Shown here piece by piece: positions 13,301 through 25,300 of a DNA stretch of 64,000 nt. The first letter of the stretch is position 1; each line of letters begins with the position of its first letter. This DNA comes from Ruditapes philippinarum (lineage: Eukaryota). The stretch covers positions 248,001 to 312,000 of the forward strand of contig NW_026865440.1 of assembly GCF_026571515.1 (NCBI RefSeq). Direction: 5' to 3'. The notes under the pieces were generated by a model, which saw only the letters and a program-made list of their open reading frames with translations, was not told the DNA's origin and did not search any database. Made by a program: the position numbers and the translations under genes.

Positions 13301-16300
13301 ATTAGCCAATGAAATTGAAGAACGGTGACGTTTAAAAATAGACAGCCTCGTTTTGAACCCACTCTTTTTCATTAACCAATCAAAATGGAGAACGATGACG
13401 TTTAAAAATAGACAGCCTCGTTTTGAACCCACTCTTTTTCATTAACCAATCAAAATGGAGAACGATGACGTTCTTACCAAAAATAGATATGACTCGCGCA
13501 ACGGAGAGTATATAAGAGAGCGCTTTAGCCCCCTCCGTCATTCTGACTTCAGAACTCTAACCGACAACATGGAAAACATAGCAGCTACTTTCGAAATGAT
13601 GGTGAATTCTTTCACCGACGCTGAAGAATTAATGAATTTTGCTGCGACATGGGGGATACAGGATTCCCCCGGGGTGCGGTTTCGACTATTTCAGTTAAGG
13701 AACCCACAATATGGAGATGACTTTGTGAATGAACAAATGGAAAGATTACTCGACAGTTTAAACGACACAATGCAGAACCGAGAAGACACGGAAAATTTTG
13801 ATTTGGCGCTAGAGTACGTAAGAGAGCAAGAGGAAATCGAGGGTGCAGTAAGAGCACTATTATTTGACGAAGAAATGGATAAGATGGCGACTGCTTGTGT
13901 GGAAGACGGGGAGTGGAGCCCTCAATCACCAGGGCTACAAGTAGGGAGTGGGGATGAGCCTCAAGCGGGACCCTCTCATAGGCCCGACGCCCCACGGGAG
14001 CTTCAGTATACGATAAGTAAAAAATCAGAAAGGACATACGCAACAAAAGCAGCGGTGGATCGTACATATCAAGTGAAAATTGATGAACAGTATAATGGAC
14101 AGAGACTGCAAGATGTGAGACAAGGACTTCACCAAATGTTTGAAGACGTGCTCGAAGAAGCCCGGGGCAATTTGGCGGGGAACGATTTGGGTCGTGTCGT
14201 TATTCATCATCAAGGATTACACGACCCCATCATTGTGCCCCTCCAGCCCTGGGACCAGTTGACCGCCAATAAAGTGATGGAAATCATCGAAAAGGTACTG
14301 AATAGCAACCAAAACTTGTCCATCGATGAAAGCTTCTATATTTCTATAGGCTCCATCGAATTACCAAAAGGAAGCGGTGGTCCACGACGAAGAATCACTA
14401 AACTAAAAGGAAAAAATAATTCGTTAAAGTTGAAAACCTCTATAGTGACCATCGAAAATGATGACCAAATGTGTATGGCCAGGGCGATCGGGGTGAGCTG
14501 GGCCAAGTTAAACAGATGTAGCCAAGACGAATGGAAAGAAATTGCTAAAAACCGCCAAAAGAAGTCTAATATACAGCTTATACTAGAACATCAGCAAGTG
14601 CCAGAGAGTTACTATAAACATCTACGTTCAAAATCTCGCGATGAACAGAGACAACTAGCGGTAGCCATCAGCCAATTAGCCGGAGTGCCCTTAGATCGGT
14701 CCGCTAGTTTAAACGATGTAGAGGCGTTTGAAGAAGTGTTGGGAGTGCGCGTGATGGTGGTCAGTGCTAGACTAGGTAACAAGTTCATAACTAGCCCTAG
14801 TAAGGACAAGCGTCCATGTATTTACCTGTATCTCGTGGACGACGACCACTTTCATGCCATTACCAGCATCACGGGATTCTTCAGCGCGATGTATTTCTGC
14901 GACCAATGCCTCAAACACTACGACCATAGAGAAAGACATCAGTGTGAGACCTCGTGTATAGTATGTAAGACGGATAATTGCCCGGAAACAGAAAATACAG
15001 TCAAATGTGATAACTGCAATATGACATGCAGATCAGAAAAGTGCTATAATCAACACAAGACAGTACCGGTACACAAAAAAGGAAAATGTAAAGGAAAACC
15101 CAATGGACTATCCCAATGTCAAAAATACTGGAAATGCCCAACATGCTACAAAGTCATAAGGACCGACAAAAGGAAAAAAGAAGACCATGAGTGCGGAGAA
15201 TATTTGTGTAACTCGTGCGAACAATATGTAATGGAAGGACATTTATGTTATCTCAGATCAATACCAGCCAAGGAACATTATAATTCTAAATTTATATTTT
15301 TTGATTTTGAATGTTGTCAGGATGAAGTGTCAGAGTGTGAAAATGGATATGTAGCGAGTAGAAAAAGAGATTGTAAAGACTGTCAATCACATGAGGTATG
15401 TAAATCTTGCTCTAAATGTCAACACTGTAAATCATCTTGGTGCGGAAAAGCCACTCATCGTCCCAATTTCGTAGTAGCACATACTGTATGTCCAAAATGT
15501 ATCGATAAACCATTGACCCCCGAATCTATATGTAAAAAATGCGGTACGCGGTGCGACGAATGTGACAACTCTGAGCTACATGATAATGAAGACCCAGGAC
15601 CGTGTCCGGGTAAATGTGGATTCAGAGAAGTCACGTTCGAAGGAGCCGACACTGCAGAAAAATTTGGTGAATGGTTGTTTTCCCCTCATCACGAATATTT
15701 CAAAGTATTTGCTCATAATATGAAAGGTTACGACGGCTATTTTCTGTTAGAGTACTTAATAGACCAATCCATGAGACCGGACAAGATTATTTACAGTGGC
15801 TCCAAAATTATGTATATGACAATAGAGTCGGATTTACATATCAAAGTGATTGACAGTCTCAACTTTTTACCTATGAAATTGTCCGCCCTCCCTAAAGCGT
15901 TTGGATTGACTGAATTAAAGAAAGGTTGGTTTCCTCATTACTTCAATACTAGCGAGAATCAGAATTATGTAGGCCCGTACCCAGATGCTCAGTGTTATGG
16001 TCATGATTTTATGAGTGAGAAAGAGAGAGCTGAATTGTTAGTGTGGTTGAGTGAGAGAAAGGACGACGTGTTTGATTTTAGAAAAGAAATGTTGGATTAT
16101 TGTAGAAGTGATGTAGATATTTTAAGACAAGCGTGTTTGAAATTTAGAGAGTTGTTAATGAGTGCTACGGGTGAAAGAATAGAGGTGGTGAATGAAAAAG
16201 GAAAGAAAGAAAAAACGTGGGTCGGAGCCGTGGATCCATTCGATTCCGTGACCATAGCTTCCGTCTGCATGAATGTCTTTAGAACCAAATTTTTAGAAGA

Positions 16301-19300
16301 AGAATGGAAAGTAAAATTAGAGGGCAGGGATGATTGGATACCTTCAAAATTAATAGACGGAAAGCTTTATGTGTTGCGCGAAAACGAATGGATCCTCGAA
16401 ACCAAACTCACGGGTGAGAAAGTAAGTGAGACAGAATTTGTAAGGACACCCATAGCGAAAATTTCTCCTAATGGTTATAATGATCAATATAGCGAAGCGT
16501 CCATACAATGGTTAGAATGGGTGGCGTGTACAAAAAACGTCAAAATTCAGCACGCTTTAAATAAGGGAAAGAAATCTTTACTGGGAACACGTTACAAATT
16601 AGACGGTTACTGCGAGGAAACAAACACGGCCTATGAGTTCCATGGTTGTATCTTTCATGGATGCCCTGATTGTTTCGCAGATAACCGAGAAGAAACGCGT
16701 CACCCACTCACCAACCAATCATTAGATGAATTGTACGCGTTAACGATGAAAAAGAAAGCTTACATCCAACAGTTAGGCATGAAATACGTTTGCATTTGGG
16801 ACCACGAATTCAAAAAACAAAAGATTCAAAATACTGAACTGAAACAATTCGTAGAAAGCTTAGATATAATTGATAGGTTAGACCCGAGGGAAAGTTTCTT
16901 TGGGGGTCGCACCAATGCCAGTCAACTTTATTACAAAGCGGAAGAACAGGAAAAAACTAAGTACGTGGATTTTACGAGCTTGTATCCATGGGTGAATAAG
17001 TATTATCAATATCCCGTAGGACATCCTACCATCATAACCAAAGATTTAAAAGACATTAAGGACTATTTCGGTATAGCTAAGGTCAAAATACTTCCACCTA
17101 GAGGATTATACCATCCCGTGCTACCGTATCGCTCAAATAACAAGTTGAAATTTCCCCTATGTAGGACCTGCGCCGATATGAAAATCAAAACCCATGCGCA
17201 TGTTCTGAACAAGAAAGAGAGTTGACTGGTACGTGGTGTACTCCGGAGATTCAAACGGCCATTCAGTTAGGATATCAACTTAAAAAGATTTACGAAGTAT
17301 ACCACTGGGAGGAATCCACACAATATGACCCAAAGACCAGATCAGGGGGACTGTTTGCCAATTACATAAACACGTTTTTAAAGTTTAAGCAAGAGGCAAG
17401 CGGTTCTCCTGACTGGATACACAGTCAGCAAGATATGACAATTATGTGTCTCAATACTTACAGAAAGAGGGAGTTTCGTTGGATCGGGCAAACATCTCGA
17501 AGAACCCAGGTTTGAGAGCTCTGGCTAAATTATGTCTCAACAGTTTTTGGGGTAAGTTTGGTCAGAGACTCAATATGCGCCAGACAGAGTTCTTTCACGA
17601 ACAACAGGTCAACCTCTTTTTCCAGTTGTTTGCCGATCCGACGAAAGAACCTTTAAATTTTCATATACTTACCAATGACATGATACAAATAGAATGGCAA
17701 TATAAACAAGACTGCCAACCCGAAGATAATAAAACGAACATCTACTTAGCTACGTTTACTACATGCTGGGCAAGACTCAAACTCTACAGTGTGCTCGAAA
17801 AGCTCGATAGACGAGTGCTGTATTACGATACGGACAGCGTCATCTATGTGAGTCGCCCTGGACAGTATGATCCGCCATTAGGAGATTACTTGGGTGAACT
17901 CACGGATGAGCTGAGTGGAGGGGAGCATATTGTAGAATTTGTGTCGGGTGGTCCTAAAAATTATGCCTATAGAACCAATAAAAACAACGAAACTTGTAAA
18001 GTCAGGGGTTTCACATTAAATTATACAAATAGCCAACTCATCAACTTTGAAAGTGTGAAAGATATAGTAACAGACCCACAAAAGAATTCAAATATCGTAG
18101 TAACAAACCCTAGTAAAATTTGTAGAGATAAAAGAAAAAGAAAATTGTACAATAGGGAAGAAAAGAAAAGTTATCAGATGGTGTATACCAAGCGTAGAAA
18201 ACTGGACAATTATGATACAGTACCATATGGATATTAGAATAAATTATTGCTGTTGTAAATATTTGTTCTTATTGTTTCGTTTTCTGTCACATGCGTTAAA
18301 AAAGTGTAACTGCTTTTTCAATTTTTGTCACTACTGATTCAAAAAGTGTTACGCATATTTCAGTTTTTGCACGTTTACATGTAATTTTCCATAGGGTATG
18401 TTTCAAAAAGTGTCACTGCTGTGTCAAAAAGTGTCACTGCTTATTCAAAAAGTGTCACTAATGTGTCAAAAAGTGTCATTGCTGTTTCAAAAAGTGTAAC
18501 TACTTTTTTCAATATTTGTCACGTATGATTCTGTTTTTTGTCACATGTGTATTAAAAATGTATATTATTGAATAAAAGTATGTAAGAATATGCAGTCTTG
18601 CTTATTTCATTCTATCTTTCGTAAGAATATGAACGATACCGAGTCCCATGAACCCGAAAGGGACACGTTTATTCACTTTTCAAAAGCGGATGAAGAAATA
18701 CGTTCTAACGGAGACAAGTGGCATTTATTAGGTACACGAGTACCCCAGGCTGAAATTGTCTACTTTTGCCAAATGATTATTGTCTACATTATTATCATCG
18801 TCTCAATTATAAATCTATCCCTTCAAAACGGTACTAGCGAATTGTGGATAAGTTTGCTAAGCAGTTGTATAGGATACGCCTTACCTAGTCCTAAGCTGAA
18901 GAAATAATAATGAAGGCATCTCTACCTTTCGAACCATGCTCCAGTATGTGTATAAGTGGACAGACGGGAAGCGGAAAAACGCAATGGGTGTACAAGTTTT
19001 TGCTTAACTTGAGAGATATGTATTCTAAAGACCCACCATCACACATCTTATATTCTTATGGTATTCATCAGGACTTATTTGATGAAATGGAACGGTCCAT
19101 TCCAAATTTTTACAGTAAACGAGGTCTACCAACAGCGGAAGAAATGGATGACTTTACCAAAGACAAAAGACATAAGCTGATTATCATTGATGATCTCATG
19201 CATGAAGTGATGAAAAACAAAGATATGGAGCTACTCTTCACGCAAGGTTGCCACCACAGGAGAGTATCTGTCATACTTATCACGCAAAACCTGTATCCAG

Positions 19301-22300
19301 GAGGTAAACATGCCAGGACAATTGCCTTAAATACTTGGTATATGGTATTGATGAAAAATTTAAGAGATGTGTCTCAGGTGGGAATATTGGGACGTCAGCT
19401 CTATCCCGGTAAATCGAAAGGATTTGTGAAAGCCTATGAGGACGCCTTAAGTACAAAACACGGTTATTTTTTGGTAGACATGAGTCCACATGCTGAGGAT
19501 AAATACCGTCTAAGAACGCATGTTTTTCCCGGCGAGGACCCTTTAGTTTATAAACTAACGTAAGAAGCAGTGTGAAACTTCTAAGAGTAACCATGGTCGT
19601 CACTTCTTACATCTCCTTAAAAGTACTACAACGACACAAAGGAAGGCATTGTTGAGTAAAATTACTAAACAGCAATTGAAAGCTCTTACTCAAATTGCCT
19701 ATAATATTCTGCGCTTTAAAATACGCCTTACACCTTCGGAGAAAGCTCAACTTAAACGTCAAAGACGTGTCATTCATCTAATTGGAAACAGATCAATAGG
19801 TTTCAAACAAAAGAGGGAGGCCATTCGACATAAGCCTAGAGTGATCTACACCCTGGTGAAAATTGCTTTCGCGTATTTGGAACCGGTATTGGCATAATGG
19901 AAAAGTTTATTTTGGTACCTTACGAAAAATATCAACGTATGCTGCAACTGAAAACCAAAGGGTTCGGAGAAGTAACGGAATATAAGCCTACCAAACTGTC
20001 ATTACCACCTCCGGGAGAACGGAAAAAGGCGGGAAAAAGGCGGGAAAATCTCAAAAAACTGCAATAGACTGAATATCATTTTAGAAAACAAAGACAATGT
20101 TTTTTTTCATATATTTTTATTGCTATATACAAAATAAATGAATACAAAAAATACATTTCAGAGTTTGTTTTTATTTACAGTATTTCTAACATATATATCA
20201 TTCCATTGTCTATTATACACATCAAAAGGTTTGACAATGTCTTTCATAGTCCTTCCTGTACATCTGGCCGTGATATAATATACACAATACAGTCCGCAGG
20301 TATCTCATTTAGTGTCCTGAATAGGATCACACACCGTCCAATACTTGTTCGTTAATACGGTTTCTAAGCCCACATTGTAGTCACTCGGTATTTTTCCGAG
20401 AGAATCAAAGAACTCGTACGGCCCTTGTCTCGGAAAATAAAAAGTAACCCAATGTTTCCCTGGCCCATCGCTCGTGTCTGTGTTCGAGATCACGAATTGT
20501 CCTATTTGTTTACGGATTTGATCAGCAGCGCACACTTTTACGGGGTACCCTTCGAGTAAACGTTCCAGTTCTAGATTATTCATTTCACGTAAACCGCCCT
20601 GGCTTTGTCAATATTGAGTACTTCTGGGAAGGTGGCGTACATAATCAGTGTGACACTCTCTGGTAAAGCCTCCGAAAATTTAAGTTCTAGCCGACAGTGG
20701 CCCTTCCTTTTCGTGTTGAATGAATAGTAGGGGTCAATATCTAGGGCATATAAGCAGTACCCTTTCTTATAATCTTGTTTTGAAATGTTCAAATCGCTTC
20801 TGTAGAGAGCTAATGTTCTGTAACATTCCACATACTGATCCGCCGCATAATTAGGTTGCATCGGCTGGCTAGGTAAAGACTGTCCATCCACATAGAGTCC
20901 TACAAAACTGCAGTTGTAATGTTTAAAGGGAGACACAGGCAAAATTTTCATTTCTTAGTTTTGAAATTTTCATTCATTATTCTGTAAATGTCCTCAAAAT
21001 GAATACACTAAACAGTCAAAGGAACAAAACGTTTCTCCATATAAAGAATAAAATGGTGTTTTCCTAACTTGACCCGCGTGGGTCAGGTTAGAGCGCTAAA
21101 ATTTCACAATAGTTGTCACTGTGTACTCTGGAAACGTTAAAAAACATGTCAAATCAATTACTTAGACTTGTTTCAATCATACAATATCCACAATACCTGT
21201 TATTGTAACTTCCAGGGTTTGTTTAAATCGCAGGACTTGTTTTTAAACTATTTGGTGATTCTGTTGGCGTCAAATTTTCGTTCAACATATATAGATATAT
21301 TTAAACTTCAAACCCAAAATATATAGAATTTATACAGAAATTCATGCTGGGACTTTAAGAAATGTCATTTTAGGGTGATTTGAGTACAGAAAATCATTTT
21401 TTATATTTTTGTCATTATTTTGCCTGAGTATCCCTTTAAAGTTGAATGGATTCTTCGAGTAATCGCCATTAAACGCGGCACTCGGGACTAGACCTACAAT
21501 CAGTTTACTAGGCACTAATCCTTGAAAGATATCGTCCGCGCTGTAACTGAATTGACCCGTAGCAATGGCTGTCGTTTTGATCTCTGTGCGTAAGTAAGGG
21601 TATATGGCTGGTATGTCTTGAATGAGTTTTTCGTGCGCTATAAGTACGCTACTAGTGAGTCGCTGAATACATAGTTTAAAATAAGCGTCCACTATTTTTA
21701 CTCGATAATCGGGATTGGTGGTGTCTGTGATGAGTCTAAATGGGTCCCGGGTAGGATGGAGTTTTATACAGACAGAGACTCCGTTAATGAGTAGCTTCGA
21801 CTGTTGAAACAAATCAACGTGTAATGGTCCTTCCATTTCTACAATTTTGCTACCTTTAGTGAGGCTGTATCTGATATATAGTCCGTTATTACTTCCTTTA
21901 CCATTATTGGTACCAACGTCTCCCGTATCTTTATGGAAGAGTTGGCTGGTCAGTAGGTTACTTTGCATATTTTCGTTGGACTGTAATATCGTGTCGATGT
22001 ACGCTTTGTAGGGATAATTGATTCCCGTGTGAGATAAAGGCGTTTGTTGAAGAGATACATCGACTTGACCGAATATGGTGTGTAATGGTAAATTGATTGG
22101 TCCAACTATTTCGTCCGGGTCTACTGCACTACCGTCCCCGTGGACAATTTGCAGCTTTAGGTTGAGCACGCTTCTTTTTAGATCCAAGTACGCCGATGTA
22201 TGGCCCGGTATATTAAATTCGAGAGCTGATGCATTCGTCACTTGATTTACTGGACGGTATGTAATCCATTCTCTCGATTGTAATGACGTGTCTGTAGGGG

Positions 22301-25300
22301 GTGTAACGAACAAAGACAGTTCTTCCTGATGAAAATCTTCCATGTTTAGAATTGAAATTCTGGATTTAGTCTCTTTCGTTTAGATGGTTTGTAGGCGGGT
22401 GTCGGTGCCTTCTTACGCTTTTGGGGCCCCTTCTTACGCTCTTCGCCCTCTTCAACCTTCATACGATTGACCTCTGACTTGGCTATTTCTATCGCTTGTG
22501 CGACGGGTGAGACCAGTTTTACTGGAGGTGACTGTTTCATTTCGGCCATTTTTCTGAGATGATTTCCGCTACCTACGATGTAACGGCCTTTATGATCGGC
22601 TTTAACGTACCCGTCCCTCAAGTCCTTGAAATGTTGATACCATTTCTCAGGGTCGGGTGTATAGGGAACCCATTTCTGTTGTTTATGATCGTAGACTTCT
22701 ATGGAGCCCATACTTTTTTGAAATGTAATACACAATGAAGATCGTTGGATTTGAACTCAACTGAGTTTAAATCTTCGTCTCTCAAATACAAATGTAAGGA
22801 GTTGAAATGATTCACAGTCACAGGTACGTATACCGGGTGGCTATATTCTACAAATTGAAGTTTCTTGTATCTCGAACCGACTTCAACGTTTCTAAGTACG
22901 GGTACTTGCGTGTTTCTTACGTAAGTTTGTTGTATCAGGTTGCAGCATAAATACAGTCTTTTGCTTCTCGGCGTAAAGTCACAGGTGAGAGAAGTTTCTG
23001 TGACAGCGCAAATCCAATTTCCATCAAAGGTGTACGATTTGGGAAACTGAATATAAAAGTCTGCGGGGTCGTTGTTCTTACGTATGTCCTGAGAATCTCT
23101 ACTACTGAGATAAAGGTAAAAGTCTGACATGTTTGTTTGCTTTCACAAATACATATGACCACGGTCTTCTTACGCTTCTCTAGTTGTCCGGATTTCGTCC
23201 ATAATAGTGTCAAAGAGATACGGCGGTCTTAACAATACGGGTACGAGCGAGTGATGACGTCTTAACAGCGATTTCTTTCTAGTCAGTGACACATTTTCAG
23301 AAGCTAGGGATCGTAGCAAATTTCGTCTTCTTTCAAGTAATTGAACATCTCTTCTCGGGGGATTAATGGTTCCATTTACCAATCTTTTGGCCACTTGCGC
23401 TATAGCCTTCATTTGACCCCCTGTCATATTAGTGATCATATTCTTTCTGACAGCTACAGTGGCATCTTTTAACTGGAGAAGAAAGTTGAGTTTACGGTAC
23501 ACTTGAGACTGGTTCATGGTTGATTTCTCTTGACGTTCACTCTTTCTTACGTGTGTAGAGTTCCAGTTCGATGAGTACAGGGTAGACTACGTCATCTATT
23601 TGTGACAGGTTTTTGATACCAGTGATTACCACTTTGCCGCTGTGAAAACAACAAAAATGGGCTCCTTCTCTTTTAAAATTAAGGGATGGAAACAGTTCGG
23701 GTTCATATACGACCTGTCTTTCTTTCGCCAACAACTGCAAATCTAACGCGTTACTTAGGGTGTGACTAGCCGATATTGTTATCAATTTGATCTCTTTCAG
23801 CCGCACAGTAAATCCGAGACGCTGTATACGTCTTGCATATTGGCGTAGTCTCTGGCGCCCCTCTGTAACACTGAGTGCTTTTCCGTTGCAATTGATTACA
23901 CCATTGGAGAAAACTAAACAATTCCCGCCAATGGTTTTGTGCTGCCAAATCAATCCGGGAAATGTTTTTGGATCATAACGAGCGTTTGCTATACGATAGC
24001 ATAACTGCTTCAAGTCAATGGAACAGCTCAAGTTAGCGCTGCACACGACGTTGGTAATTATCATGATGTGAAGTCTCGAATCTCAATATCAATACTGACG
24101 ATTTCTAGGGGGGTATATCTGTTTTATATACAAAAATGATCACGTGACTTAAGAGTACTGTGTCAGGTCCTTTTCTGGGATCCAGCTATCAAATTTCTTA
24201 GGCCAATGCAACCAACGTACTAGTACTTCCTTTCGTTTGTTTCGCGTCCTTTTCTTTAATATTTTTTCAACGTGGTATTCTGTATTTTCGTCCACACTAA
24301 CTGCCTGTAATTCTTGTTCGTAAAACGTGCCATCAATTTTCTCTTCATTGGCCCAGTCTATTAAGGTATATACGCATACATTGTCTCGTTTGAAACGGCT
24401 TTTGATTTTGAATATTTCGCCAGTCCACTTCTGAGAGTACTCTCTGTCAAACACGCTTTTCACGTGCGATACTCGTACTGTCTGACCTACTTTGAACTTG
24501 TAATGTCTGATCCTGTTGTTGGTTGGCCTGCCTTTGGTCCTAAGTAAGTACTGCTGAAGTCTGCTTTCTCCTTCTGACTCTTTGGTAATGTTTATTGGTT
24601 TATCGCCGAGACTTCTATGTATAGTTGAGTTATACGAAAGTACAATATTCCTGAGCACGTCAACATAACGTTGGGTTCTGTTTTTTATCATATATCTAAA
24701 CAGTTTATGCTTTAGCGTCTTGATACATATCTCCGCAAAGTTCGCCTTTGTCTCCGTATTTAAAGCGTAGAAATGATGAATGTCCATGTCCTGAAGATAC
24801 TTATTGACCTCTTTGCTTCTAAACTCCATGCCTCTGTCTGTTCTCACCGTCTTTGGTTTTCTAGACCCGGATAAAATTCGCTCTAATGCATTAACAACAT
24901 CGCCCCCTTTCTTGGTTTTGATAGGTTCACAATAGGCAAAGCGGGAGAAAATGTCTATTACCATTAAAACGTATTTATAACCGTCATTGTGTTTGGCCAA
25001 GTCAACCATATCCATCAAGTCCATGTCCCATTGACTATCTATCCCTTCTACAATGACGCGTGATCGAGGAAACTTCCTTCTGGCTCCTCTAGTCAGGGAA
25101 TAAGCCTGCTGACTTTGAAGCCATTTTCGGATTTTATGCCTCCCGATTTTAAATTTTCCCTCAGACTTGATATATTGGTACAATTTTTCTACACCTGAAT
25201 AGCTTGCTGGGTTGGATGTGTCAAAATACAAAGAAGACAAATATTGTTTCCAGTTAGACATGTTTATTGACAACAAATACAAATACACATTCTTACAAAA

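Noticed and set aside
13455-13568. N-terminal 38 aa of the 1256-aa ORF
   Set aside because: That ATG lies within the 70-bp promoter repeat upstream of the TATA box; 13569 is the better start.
20927-21435. Intron in the capsid gene
   Set aside because: TIRs and a TTAA duplication identify it as a MITE, and there is no GT-AG at the boundaries.
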